A stretch of 64,000 nucleotides of DNA from Pavona decussata (GCA_977016875.1 CDRNST010000006.1:806001-870000); one strand, 5' to 3'. Counted from the first letter of the stretch, positions 12,852 through 25,383 are shown. Numbers and translations: made by a program. The notes: generated from the letters alone by a model not told the origin.

Positions 12852-13844
12852 ATGATGGTAAGAAACAGGTCAATGAACTCCACCCAATTTCCTTATCAAG
12901 CTTGTCCGCTTCCCAGCCTCCCAGAAGAAATGGAGCGCCATTTTGAAGACATCATGTACGTTCTGCGACCTCTTGCCACATTGATAGCTGCTATGTCTCT
13001 TGTTTGTAACACGCTTGTTCTAATCATTGTGAAAAGATTTCAACATTTTCGACATCCCTCTCAGCTAATCCTATGCAGCTTGTCCATCACTGATTTGATT
13101 TTTGCACTGCATACGCTTGTGAGGGAAGTGTTACTGATATCTCGCACATGCTTGGAGCCGGTCTTTAAGGAATATGTAATGTATACAGGTATTTTGTGTT
13201 ACCTGGCAACCCTGGCTAACCTGGCCATGATCAGCAGAGACCGTCACCTGGCACTGTGCAAGCCGTTGTGGTACTGCAATCATATGACGCGATCACGTGC
13301 CCTGAAAGGAATTGCACTAACCTGGCTGGCTAGTTCTGCGACAATTCTGCTGGTTTTCACAATTGAAATATCAGGATTTAGTGACATTATATTTTTCATT
13401 GTTATAGTGCTGTTTTATGTGGGTACCATCCCTATGATATTGTTCAACTACGTTCGATTTTTTATGGCAAATAGACGAAATGCGCGAATTCTTGGAAGAA
13501 ATTTTTCCGTAATACAAAGAGAAAAGAAATTGACTCGAGTCGTTTCTGTGATTTTATTATGTTTTCTGTTTACTTTTTTGCCAGCACGGTTAGCCCCTAT
13601 AATACTTGTTGCGATGAGGTTGCCAATAGACCGGTTTGAAACTGTCAACAGTTTAATCATGACCATAAACGGTTTTCTGAATCCACTTCTAAACTTTGGA
13701 AGAAATAAGGATATGCGCAGAGCATTGTTTCACGTGATAAAATGTCAGCAAGGTAGGAGATATCCACAGGTAATCCGATATAGCAGAAATTCCCGAAACC
13801 AGAACGAAAATGTCCAGGTTTCTATCCATAAAGAAACTAACTAG
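12852..13844 (+). CDS. Class A orphan GPCR (paralog 1 of tandem pair)
   Basis: 7TM ORF with LSITD, SRDRH (DRY variant), FLP in TM6 and NPLLN (NPxxY variant). A polypyrimidine-AG acceptor lies just upstream of the ATG, implying a 5'UTR intron. Confidence 0.9.
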   Translation: MMVRNRSMNSTQFPYQACPLPSLPEEMERHFEDIMYVLRPLATLIAAMSLVCNTLVLIIVKRFQHFRHPSQLILCSLSITDLIFALHTLVREVLLISRTCLEPVFKEYVMYTGILCYLATLANLAMISRDRHLALCKPLWYCNHMTRSRALKGIALTWLASSATILLVFTIEISGFSDIIFFIVIVLFYVGTIPMILFNYVRFFMANRRNARILGRNFSVIQREKKLTRVVSVILLCFLFTFLPARLAPIILVAMRLPIDRFETVNSLIMTINGFLNPLLNFGRNKDMRRALFHVIKCQQGRRYPQVIRYSRNSRNQNENVQVSIHKETN

Positions 13845-13910
13845 ACTAGCTAACTAGAATAATTCATTTTCCAATGCAAGTTGACTTATAAATGAGACGT
13901 AAGTAGAGTA

Positions 13911-14080
13911 GGCCATTTCCGAGTTGCTGCGAACCTCTGTATGAAAGCGAGGCTAACTGCAAAGGTTTTATTATGAAAATTAGTTTTCAGTCATATGCAT
14001 ACAAAACTAATTTTCATTTGAAAAGCTTTTGCACTTAGCCTCACTTTCATAATGAGGCTCACAGCAAAAAGGAAGTGGCC
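13911..14080. mobile_element. Small palindromic MITE flanked by TA
   Basis: Ends are TA|GGCCATTTCC ... GGAAGTGGCC|TA. It is absent at the equivalent site in the paralogous flank (about 23185). Confidence 0.8.
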
Positions 14081-14346
14081 TATTTGAACTGGTACCTTGT
14101 TTTACTGGCTGTATATCACAAAATATACATATAGCATGTAAGAATAATGTTATCCATGTTCTAGTTGCATTACGTGTAATAACATGATACATTAAGAATA
14201 AAATAATATTACATGTATTCGAGAAACGTGTGGTTTAGTAGTTAAATTATGTCCACAGTTGGATCTGAAATTACCCAATTTCAACCTCATTTGTTGAACT
14301 TGTTAATTTGATCGATTGAAGGGTATTTTCTAAACTCAAACTCACT

Positions 14347-14585
14347 TTTCTCTCCTCCGTGGAGGTTCCTTCATAAAAAAGGAGCGAAAATCTGGAAATG
14401 GGAAGAAAAATGGAAATGGAGAATACGGGAGCGCGGTGGACGACGGGAAGAACGAGAAAAAAAGGGAAAGCCTCCTTTCTCTCTTCTCCCTTCCCATCGT
14501 CCTCAACGTTCCTCGTTGGTTCACTCTCTCCAGTCCCTTATTTGTCTCCGCTTGAGCGCGAAAGGGGGCTCTGCGGAGGAGAGAG
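14347..14585. mobile_element. MITE with 8-bp TSD (hAT-like)
   Basis: TIRs CTCTCCTCCGTGGAG / CTCTGCGGAGGAGAG. Flanks are AACTCACT and GACTCACC. The paralogous flank has a single GACTCACT at about 23426 (empty site). Confidence 0.75.
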
Positions 14586-14948
14586 GACTCACCATCAATA
14601 ATCAGTCGATAACTAGTTTCAAATTGTAAAGTAGGTTTCACCTTGCATTCTTATAGGCGATTGCAGCGCGCAAAATCTTTGTAATCTTAAAGATATTTTT
14701 CCATTAAAATCCAAGCGTGCATGACACTTCTTAAAAGTTTCCCCAAAATGGCATAAAAGATCGCAACTTGGACCGTTAATGGGCAAATGAACCATGTCAC
14801 GTGAGTGTAGTGCACGTGGTTGACACATATCAGCCGTTGGGTTTTGTATTTCTATTACAATACTTTAATCCACATCAGCGGGGATTTTTTCTTTCCGAAT
14901 TCTGGGATTGGGGTGGTGGATCCCTTCAATAAAATCCGCAAACATTAA

Positions 14949-15388
14949 CCCTATCTAGACCGTTCTTAATTTCTTTTGTCTTCTGCTGACAAGTGGGTGT
15001 GCGGGGGGCCGATTGTGCCCCCTTTATATAACTTCGTAAGTATATGAGCTATGACAGTGACACTTTGGCGATAGATACTACGTCCAAAGTTCTCTCCTTT
15101 GACGTCTGCATCGCGAAGTGGTCGCCTCATATGACGTGGTGATGATTGCCAAATGGCGACCATCTTCGATCCGCCATCTTGGATTTCTGAATTCTCCAAA
15201 TAGGATAACTAACTTAATAAAGATAGAGCCAAAAATTGAACGACCACATCATTTTCCCCAGATATTTTATTTTGAAAAAGTCTTATAGTTTCGGAGCGTT
15301 TATTAAAAAAAATGTTATTCTGGTTCAAAGTCGCCGCGGGCACAATACCCCCACGTCTTCCCCCGACTCCTCCCCGGACTAGATAGGA
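14949..15388. mobile_element. piggyBac-like MITE (TTAA, CCCTATCTAG termini)
   Basis: Ends are TTAA|CCCTATCTAGACCG ... CGGACTAGATAGGA|TTAA. The body is homologous to 40178-40771. Confidence 0.7.
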
Positions 15389-15917
15389 TTAAAGATTAAA
15401 GCTTTCAACTTTTGCCTCGAACAGTTATAATATAATGCAGTGTAGCGTAGAGTGAAAAGTAGAAATTTTTCATCACGTTGTGATCTTTATATCCATTTCC
15501 TTTTCATTGATTCTTTATGTCAGTCAAGATAATGGCAAGACGAAGACTTTTAATTCCTTTGTTCTTGAACCGACGGTAAAACTCCTAAATCTATGGATGG
15601 CGACATGGTGCAAAATTCAGCAACTCAATATCCATTCACATTCACGATTAATATTTTGATTAACGAATAAAACCGTTCACATTCAGCATTTATATCTATC
15701 TTCTGGATCAATATTGGTTCACATTCAAGATTTGTATTCGTTCAGTAGTTTTAGCTTCATTCACATTCAGCTATTGTATCGCTTCACATTCACAATGCGC
15801 CGAATGGTGCAAAATTCACGAATTATTTCCATTCAGCAATTTCTGCGCATCGTATCTTGCGCGCACCACGTGATATAAAATGACCTCGTACCCAGAGCCC
15901 GCGCTTTCATTATCAAA

Positions 15918-16343
15918 ATGGCGGATGCGAGTGAACAGACTGAACTATATGATGTCTCTGATCGGGAACTTATTTTTGGAGCAATACTTGACATCCTTGA
16001 CGAAAGTGAAACATCATGGGAAACACCTGATACTGACTGTCGGGAAGCAGTCCAGATTAGTTCGAGGTGTACCGATCTCGCTCTGTTTTCGCTAGTCGGT
16101 CCAACAGTGGAAAGAAATGGGGATAGAGGTAGACCAAGGCTTGAAATACCAGAAGACGTGCTGATCAGTCTTCGCTCATTGGGCCTTCCCTGGACTGAAA
16201 TAGCCAGAATGCTTCTAGTAGCACGTTGGACTTTGAGGCGTCGCGTGGTGGAGTATGGACTACAGGATGTTACAGGGTATTCACCCTTAACTGACGAACA
16301 GCTAGATAACATTGTGACGCAGTTTAAGTATTTCAATATATAA
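15918..16343 (+). pseudogene. Truncated transposase N-terminus (HTH) of the IS3EU-like element
   Basis: GRPRLEIPEDVLISLRSLGLPWTEIARMLLVARWTLRRRV..YSPLTDEQLD is a GRP + HTH signature typical of integrase-core transposases. The DDE domain is missing. Confidence 0.75.
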
Positions 16344-17281
16344 ATTTTACTTTTTCTTGTGCCAATAATTATTTAAATTTTCAATAGTCTAACCTGAACA
16401 AAACAATTAAAACATTTTAGTCTACAAAATGGCAGATAGCAAATATGAAGAAAGGTCGATCACTTACATAACTAGGACCAGCTATCGCAATATAATGCCA
16501 CCTCACAGTTCCATGTTATAGGGCGGTTTTCAAATGAGTGTCGTAAAAACCTAAATCAAGTAATTAATCAGACCAATCACAACGGACACTGAAAACTTAA
16601 TTAACCAATTAGAACTAGTAGCAAATATATGTAAATGCCGCCAAGCGCAGGAAACTGTGAGTAAGTAATTGTTTTTTTTTTTTTTTGGGGGGGGAGGGGG
16701 GGGGGCTTACATTCTATTGGTGAAGAAAGTGGCGCAATTTTTTTTTTGACCTTGCAATGTAATAACAACAAGTATTTTAATAGCTACAATAGCTGAATCA
16801 TCACATAATTTGAACAGTTTATAAGAACTATTCCTATTTGGAAATTTGAGAGCTGAAAAAAACAAAATCATCTCAAAGTCTAGACCACAGTTGACACTGC
16901 TGCTGGTTTGTAATGATAATAAATTGAATTCACAGTCAACTAAAATGTGGCACAACTGATATTAATCATGTTACCATTATAGTGTGCGTGACATGTACAG
17001 TGAATCTGTTTTGCAATCAGCACCAACAAGGATGGTTAAAGTTTCAAATAGGAGGAAATGAACACCCATGGAATTTTATCAAAACGAACCTGACAATACT
17101 GAGATTGAAAGACTTGCAAAGGAATGTTACGTTCAAGTGGTTAACTTCACTTTCTTGAACCACCTAGCCACACATTTTAACCACAACTCAACAGGACTAT
17201 AACAACCATATATATCTGAAACAAATTCCCAAAGATAAATATTGAAACATTGGGTGAAGCACAATATTATGTTTAAACAAC

Positions 17282-18650
17282 TCAGGCTGTGTTGAAGGTG
17301 CTTCCCCTAATCACTGCCCGTAAGGCTCCATCGAAATGTGCAAGATTTGAAAAATTGGTGGGAATTTTTAGTTCCAGGAGGCATGTGGATGCAAAAAACG
17401 ATTCTGTATCAACACAGCTGACCCGAATGCAAAAAGGAGCCATCTTACTAGTGACAGGGCAGCTACCGGTAACAAACTGAAGAAAATCTTTCAAATCGCT
17501 CACTTCAGCGTTGTCAAGAAATGAAAGAAGCATCTGAATGGACCTCTTTGAGGCACTGCTGCTATCTTCACCAGGCAATTGCAGTAGATTTTTCACAAAA
17601 TCAGAGGTTACATTTCCTACTTTATCTACAAACAAATGCTCAAACAGATCTGGGTGCTTTTCAATCTGAGGCAAGACATTGAGAGTTCAGCAAACACTTG
17701 TTCTTGGTTAGCACAGTGTAGGTCACAAGTGACTGCACAACCGGTCAGTATAAAATGCAGACTACAGACTGGGTATATAATGAAGACTGGGTATAAAATG
17801 CAGACTGCAGACTGCAGACTGGGTATAAAATGCAGACTGAGACCAAAACCGTCTCTTCGTCAAATATAGGATGCATTTTGAATTTTCAACTTAACTTACA
17901 CTAGTGGCAATCGCCTTTCAAGATCTTTTTCCATGAAATTGACATTTTTATATATTCTTTTCGAAAAGTGTCAACCTTGAATTGAAATAAACAACCCCAA
18001 ATCATGGCGTAAGCAATAACGCGTCAACATGGCATCGGTGACATCGGCAAGTGGATGTAAACTAATGTTTTTTGAATAAAATATGTGTTCATGTATTGCT
18101 AGAATACTGAAGGTATGCAATGTCTTTGATATTATTTATTCAAAGAAACAAGTTAAAATCTGTCGATTTAAAATTGCTTGCCCCTTCGGAAAACAAGTCT
18201 GTTTCCCTCATTATAATAGGAAAATCGTCATGGGCGTATTAAATTGTTTACGAACTAATGCAAAGCGATTTATAATATCGAGTCTGCTTTGTGAAGAAAG
18301 GGCCTCAGGAAATGAAAGCTACCAAATCGAGATAAAGAAAACAAACTGTTGAGAAATGGGTCAAAAATATGGGCAATTTCGCGGGAGATGATCTCGGAAA
18401 TGTGATTGCGTGACACTAGGGTATTTGACAAGAGACGATTTTGGTCTCAGTCTGCATTTTATACCCAGTCTGCAGTCTGCATTTTATACCTAGTCTGTAG
18501 TCTGCAATCTGCAGTCTGCAGTCTGCATTTTATACTGACCGACTGCACAACATCCAGCTTGTTGGCTTCCTAGATAGGTGCAAAACATTGAGAGAATGTT
18601 TAAGATGTGAAGGGAAGTGGCCATCAGCCTGAATGAATGAGTAAAATCCA
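17282..18650 (-). pseudogene. HECT E3 ubiquitin ligase (G2E3-like) C-terminal fragment carried by the element and split by a MITE
   Basis: LKDFLQFVTGS...FFASTCLLELKIP matches the HECT C-lobe with its catalytic Cys. The reading NKLDVVQSLVTYTVLTKNK spans the MITE insertion site. Frameshifts lie upstream. Confidence 0.75.
17742..18541. mobile_element. MITE with 10-bp TSD (Mutator-like) and TGCAGAC subrepeats
   Basis: Ends are ACTGCACAAC|CGGTCAGTATAAAATGCAGACT ... AGTCTGCATTTTATACTGACCG|ACTGCACAAC. Confidence 0.88.
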
Positions 18651-19251
18651 AGCAGCATTAGCATTAGCATGTCTGGTGTTTCTCATAATGTTTCACTTTC
18701 GTCAAGGACGTCAAGTATTGCTCCAAAGAAAGTTCCCAATCAGAGACATCATATAGTTCGGTCCGTTCACCCGCATCCTCCATTTTGATAACGAAAGCGC
18801 GGGCTCTGGGTACGAGGTCATTTTATATCACGTGGTGCGCGCAAGATACGATGCGCAGAAATTGCTGAATGGAAATAATTCGTGAATTTTGCACCATTCG
18901 GCGCACTGTGAATGTGAAGCGATACAATAGCTGAATGTGAATGAAGCTAAAACTACTGAACGAATACAAATCTTGAATGTGAACCAATATTGATCCAGAA
19001 GATAGATATAAATGCTGAATGTGAACGGTTTTATTTGTTAATCAAACTATTAATCGTGAATGTGAATGGATATTATAGCTAAATGTGAATGAATATTTAT
19101 CCTGAATTTTGCACCATTTCGCCAACCATATAAATCGGCCACCCTTCAACATGTACAGTTGCTACATTAAATGTCGGATCACTTCATCTCAGAATAAAAC
19201 AAACGCCTTTATATCCTGCCATTGCCTTCAATTTTGTGTTACTTGAAACAG

Positions 19252-19392
19252 TTATAGCAGAGCTCCGCGCTGAAGTGGCGCACGCGGAGCCTTATTGGTG
19301 AGAGAAATTAGTAATACATCGACGCGGAAAATTTTGGTTTGGATATGACATCACTTCCTTCCGTCCGTACGTACGTCTGTACGTCCGTATAG
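19252..19392. mobile_element. Probable Helitron/Helentron-associated non-autonomous fragment
   Basis: A short GC-rich hairpin (GCTCCGCGCTGAAGTGGCGCACGCGGAGC) is followed by a TCCG/TACG tetranucleotide microsatellite. Confidence 0.4.
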
Positions 19393-22144
19393 AGAGAAAA
19401 CAAAAAAGTGGAGACGATTAGGCAAAATTCAACTAAAGAGGGCAACAGGTAGCAAGAACAGGTCAGCCGGAAAATCATGCTTTCTTCCAGGCAACAATCG
19501 ACAATTTCCCTTTATGGTACGTCTCGAAAACTTTACTCAGATAGTTTAATTGTTTCAATGCTACCGATATTAGTAAAGAAATTAGTTTTTGAGCATTTTG
19601 TTTTGGAGCTGTGTACATGCATTTGTGCCGTTCTGCTCCCATTGCACTTGGAATGATGGCTTGTATAAATTAAACATACACAAGTTTTAAACGCTGTAAT
19701 TTTTTGGGCCACAACCAAGTGTTATTTTTCCTGTCTTAAATATTTTTGTAAAGGCCAGAATAATTTTAGTAGGAGCAATATTGACGGAGTTATGATTTTT
19801 CAAACATTTTTATCCGAGCGCCAAATATGTCAGGGAACCCTGTTAAGCAACGACGACGGCAACGACAACGGTGCAAATGATCAATGAACAAAAACAATCG
19901 CTCCGCACGTGCATTTAAATTTTGGTACATTTCTTTGCCGTCCTCCGCAAAAATTACCTAATTCAAGGTTTTGTGGAGAACATGAGCAGACGACGGTGAA
20001 TTTTTTTCTCCCTCTTTGTTAACTTAATAGTAACTGCTATCAATGTATGCTTTTCCAAGCAACAATCAATATTTCTTTTCATTATTTTACGTGTTTCATC
20101 ATGTTTTACAAATATACTTCAACCGTTTCGATAGGACAAATATTCGTGAAGAAACTATTTTTTGTTTTAAAATTTTGTTTCAGGGCAGTTTCCTTCGCAC
20201 CGCACGGCTCTCATGCAGTTGTAAACACACACAACTTTTAATTAAGCTATTAAAGATCTCTTCCAAGGAACAAAGAGTGATTTCCCTGTGTTCTCCTTTC
20301 CTTTACGTTTATTTAGATTTCAGAAGGAGCAACATTGACTGAGTTATAAATTTTAAATCATTTTTTTTTTTTTAGATACGAAACTGCTCTTAAACTATGC
20401 TCTTGTAAGGGAATTAATGACATTAGGATGAAGTGATAATAGGAAGACAACTATCGAGTATCTGAGAGTTAAATGTGCTCTGTCTCGATAAATCAGCATC
20501 CAGTAGTTTTGCCCTCAGTGAAAGGAAAGTGGCCTTTGTCTCGATTTATCAACATACAGTAATGCCCCCTCAGTGTTATAAATATTGTAATTGTTATTGT
20601 TGACCAGCAGTTTGCTCCCTATGCATTAAAGGTCGTTACGTTCATATGATAAGCAGGACTTATGTAAATACTATTTAAAAAAGTAATTGTGGACCTACGC
20701 TTTTACGCTTGCCTAATTTTATACATTAACTTTTTGCAAATGGCCAACATTAGTACACTTGACCTATCGAGGCATTGGACCGCTGGCGACGTCAAAAAAA
20801 AACTCGAGTTATAAGACAAAATTAATGATAATGTAGAAGAAAACACATTCGCTTCTCACCGCTTGTCGCGCATAGAACGACAATTTGAGCGCCACAATCG
20901 AAACAAAAATTATCATTATGAGACAAGGAGAAATATACAGACAACTGTAAATATTAAAGTGGAGTGGAATACGAAAACTATAAATAAACTACGTATACAA
21001 TATACAATTTTCTGAAAGTATTGATTTCAGAAACAAATTGCGTTCACTTTTTCTTTCTCTTGTGACGTCCTTTAAAGAAATATCGATAATTTGAATAAGA
21101 AACAAACGTTGTCCGCGGACAATTACTTAACGTCTTCATCTGAATCTTCTGCCTTATTGCCTTAATGGACCGGGAAATAAACATATGTTGAAAGCGGCTT
21201 CTTTCCGTGGTCTAATTTAATGATTAGCACATTCAAGATCGATAGCACTTATTAACATTGTTCTTTCACTTCCTTAAAAAGACTTTTGGAGCATGAATTG
21301 CGCAGTATACCAGTTAAGTATTGACAGAATCCATTACGTTTTACAGCTGCTGCTTAGCGGGAAGAACCAATTTTACTTATTTGACGGAAATTACGATCTC
21401 AGGCAATTGATAAGAAGTCAAAGACCCTCGAGTCTCTATTAGATGAAAGGCGTGTGAACAATCCCGAAATGGCAAGTCGACCTTAATGGCTACTGCTCAG
21501 TCGTCAAATCACTTAATTTCATAATAACAATAACTGACATTAATTGATTTTTTTTTTATTATTTTTGTAATAGAAAAATATGTCCGAAATAAAGTGTTAC
21601 ATATCTAAAGCAAGGGAAACGACAAACAAAAAAACATCATATTAGCTAACACGAAGCAAGAAATTAAAAGATACTGTCACGTCGCTCTTCATTTAGTCGA
21701 GATAACCCAAGTTACTCCTCCAGGCCATTGAACAATTTTCACTGTTAGGTAAGCATAACGTGGGGTGTATAAAGTGGATGAAATCTTTATGAATTAACGG
21801 CGGGCTGAATTACGCTGATCCACAAAAATAAGTGACGGAAAGAGGACTACATACTCGATACTCTCAATATCACAGGCCGAAGCCCAATTCATTTGGAAAG
21901 CATTATCTCCAACAACTTTAAAACGAAAAGAGAAGATAGTAAGCTTTTCAATTTTTTTTCTAGTAATTGATGCCCGGCGGTCAATGTAGTCTCCAACATA
22001 TATCGAATTTAGTTTCCAGTGACCAATGCTATGCAAGCTGTTACTGCTTCCGTATACAATAAATTGCTTACTCAGTAGATTTTGACTTTTTTCATGAAGC
22101 TCTAATTATTTTATTATTATTTTTTTGTTTTGCTATATAGGAAA

Positions 22145-23140
22145 ATGATGACAACAAACGAGTCCACTAACTCGACCCAATTTCTCTATCAAACTTGTCC
22201 GCTTCCCAACCTCCCTAAGGAGATGAAGCGTCATTTTGAAGACATCTTGTACGTTGTGCGACCTCTTGCCACATTGATAGCTGCCATGTTCCTTGTTTGT
22301 AACACGCTTGTTCTAATCATTGTGAAAAGATTTCAACATTTTCGACATCCCTCTCTGCTGATCCTATGCAGCTTGTCCATCACTGATTTGATTTTTGCAC
22401 TGCATACCCTCGTGAAGGAAGTTTTACTGATATTTCGCACATGCTTAGAGCCGGCCTTTGAGGAATATGTAATGTATACAGGTATTTTGTGTTATCTGGC
22501 AACCCTGGCTAATCTGGCCATGATCAGCAGAGACCGTTACTTGGCACTGAGCAAGCCGTTGTGGTACTGCAATCATATGACGCGATCGCGTGCCTTTAAA
22601 GGAATTGCACTAACCTGGCTGGCTAGTTCTGCGAGAACTCTGTTCTTTTTCACGCTTAGAAAGTCAGGATTCGGTTACACCTCATCTTTCATGGTCATAA
22701 TGACGTTTTATGTAGGTACCATCGCTATGATATTGTTAAACTACGTTCGAGTTTTTATGGCAAATAGACGAAATACGCGAATTCTTGGAAGAAATTTTTC
22801 CGTTGTACAAAGAGAAAAGAAATTGACTCGAGTCGTTTCTGTGATTTTATTATGTTTTCTGTTTACTTTCTTGCCAGCGCTGATCATCCCTATAATACTT
22901 GTTGCGATGAGGTTATCATTACACCGCTTTCGAACTTTCACCAGATTTATCATGACCATAAACGGACTTCTTAATCCACTTCTAAACTTTGGGAGAAATA
23001 AGGATATGCGCAGAGCGTTGTTTTACATGATGAAATTTCAACAAGGTAGGAGATATCCGCAGATAATCCGATATAACAGAAATACCAGAAACCTGGACAG
23101 AAATGTCGTAGCCTCCATCCACAGAGAAATGGCTCTTTAG
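22145..23140 (+). CDS. Class A orphan GPCR (paralog 2 of tandem pair)
   Basis: Highly similar to 12852-13844. SRDRY and NPLLN motifs are present. A splice acceptor (TATAG|GAAAATG) lies just before the ATG. Confidence 0.9.
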   Translation: MMTTNESTNSTQFLYQTCPLPNLPKEMKRHFEDILYVVRPLATLIAAMFLVCNTLVLIIVKRFQHFRHPSLLILCSLSITDLIFALHTLVKEVLLIFRTCLEPAFEEYVMYTGILCYLATLANLAMISRDRYLALSKPLWYCNHMTRSRAFKGIALTWLASSARTLFFFTLRKSGFGYTSSFMVIMTFYVGTIAMILLNYVRVFMANRRNTRILGRNFSVVQREKKLTRVVSVILLCFLFTFLPALIIPIILVAMRLSLHRFRTFTRFIMTINGLLNPLLNFGRNKDMRRALFYMMKFQQGRRYPQIIRYNRNTRNLDRNVVASIHREMAL

Positions 23141-24420
23141 AAGATACATTTCTCAGGCTGACTATAATCAATGAAACGTTAATAGACTTTTAATTGGTAC
23201 TAGTTTTACCGCCTGTATATCACCAAATACACGTGTAGCATGTGAGAATAAAGTAAGCCATTTCATAGGTGTACTACGTGAAATAAAATAGCTCAGATAT
23301 TTTATTGCACTCTGGAAATGTGGGAACTTATGTCTACGGTTGGATACGTGAAATTATCCAGTTTCAACCTTATTTATTTAACCTTGTTAGTTAGGTCCAT
23401 TTCATGAAGGTATTTGTTAATCCAGACTCACTACCAATAGTCGATCACAAGTTTCAATTTGCAAGTTGTATCAGTCCACTTTGAATTCTTCAAGGCAAAT
23501 ACAGCAGACAAAATCTTTGAAACGTTAAAGATATATATTTGCCATTAAAATTCGAGCGTGCATGACACCTAAACGTTTCCCAAAAACGCGAAGAAGATTT
23601 CAGTTTTCAAACTTGAAATTGAGCTTTTTACTCTCATCAGTTATGTACCAGCATGTAAGAGAAAAACGTTATCTGCCTTCATCTCATTAAATGTATAATC
23701 CTTGGTCCGTTAATAGGCAAATGGACCATGTTACGACGGTGTGGAACCATTGGGTTTTGTATTTTTACTACAATCTTCTAAGGCATTTTTTTTTTTTTTG
23801 GACTTCTGGGATCGGGATGGTGGGTTCCCCACCCCCACCCCCTCTATAAACCCCGAAACCATAAAGCCAGGACAATTAATGACGTTAGGAGTATTTAGAG
23901 TGAATGTCACTAAAAATAAAAATATTAAAGAAAATTTGAATATCGCTGACACGGACCAAAAAAATCAATTTATTTTATTTACTATTCGAGTCAATCTTGA
24001 AGATGAAAAACGATGAAATAGGGTTAGTTTTCTTAGAAATATTTTGTTTAACGAGAATAAAAGGCAAAAAATCCCCTCGCACTAGAAAGGCAAATTTGTC
24101 TTTGGGTGAACTCCAAATTATTCTGGCTTTATTCAACCTTGCAATGATAAAGTCATGACACATCAATGTATCAACTTTTGCCTGGACAAATAATAGTGCA
24201 CTGTAGCTCAGAGAGAAAAGTAGGAATTTTTCATCTTGTTGTGATCTTTATACCCATTTCCTTTTCATTGGATCTTTATGTCAGTCAAGAAAATAGCAGG
24301 TCGAAGACTTTCAATTCCTTTGTTCTTGAACTGTCAGTGAAATTCCAAAATCGGTCATCCGGCAACAGTTAATTTCTATTCATTAGCAACAAGAATATTT
24401 CTGATAGGTGGATCTTTTTT

Positions 24421-24520
24421 AGTCAGTGACACAGGCCTGCTCGGAATAAGAAAATCCGAGTTCTCCTAACGGGAGTCGATCCTCTGATTTTCCGATTACT
24501 AATTTAGATGCTGCATCACA
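24421..24520 (-). repeat. Degenerate tRNA-derived family 1 fragment
   Basis: The reverse complement reads ..GGATCGACTCCCGTTAGGAGAACTCGGATTTTCTTATTCCGAGCAGGCCTGTGTCACTGA, matching 204-260. Confidence 0.6.
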
Positions 24521-25383
24521 GACACTGCGTGAAATGGATGATTTCGTACGTAGAATTTTCGGGTCCACTATATTTCATGACGCTTCGCGAATCCTATATC
24601 GGAACGCCACATGTCAGGTAACGCGGCTAATCGGAGATTGTCGTGTTACTGACACGTCGTATTCGGGGTGTCTCAGGACAAATCATGGTTTGGGTACGTC
24701 AGCTGCGGCGTGTCAAGGCGTGTCAGGCCTTTAGTACCAGACGGTACTGTTCAGTATCTCAACCAGTCAGTTAGAAGAGTAAAAAACAAACAAACGAACA
24801 AAAACAAAGCTAAACACAAAAACGATAATCTTCTCTTAGCAAGGGGCGCCATACATACTTTGATAAACTCTTGACTTTTATCCGTGGAATGAATATTTCG
24901 CTTTTTTTTTATTTCTGAATCGCACAATCCTCTCTTCGTCTGAACGTATTTTCTTCAACTTGCATGCACAACCACAAAACGCGCAATCCAGTCCACTTCT
25001 TCGCTTCAAATTAAATTTCCTTTAGTAGAGCATAAACAACAGTGTATTCACGTATCCAGAATTCTTAAACAGATTACTGTCAAAATGGCGGGATCTTCTT
25101 GAGTTGCCAGAACTTATCAGGAATTTCACTCCTCTACGAGACATTTCTTTTCTTTGTGCGACGTGTAGCAAAAGTTTTACTGAATATTATAATCATTATC
25201 GTTATTATAATCTTCCTCGCAAAACACGAATCAACAAAAATTACAGTATGTCATAATTGGATGTTTTATTTATGACAAACGACAGTTATAATGTACAGCA
25301 TTATATTCCGGGGCATAAACAAATGTAAACTAAATCAAGAATTAAATAAAAACGAGGACTGCATGAACTTTAATCGCCAGGTG

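Larger units (their letters stand above)
15592..19130. mobile_element. IS3EU-type DNA transposon, internally deleted, about 435-bp TIRs, 6-bp TSD TAAATC
   Basis: Ends are TAAATC|TATGGATGGCGACATGGTGCAAAATTCAG ... CTGAATTTTGCACCATTTCGCCAACCATA|TAAATC. Subterminal TTCACATTCA repeats are present. The empty site is visible in the paralogous flank near 24347. TAY..RTA ends with a 6-bp TSD are IS3EU hallmarks. Confidence 0.85.

Noticed and set aside
17742-18541. CRISPR-like or regulatory array of TGCAGAC repeats
   Set aside because: These are subterminal repeats of a TIR element with a 10-bp TSD. There are no unique spacers and the context is eukaryotic.
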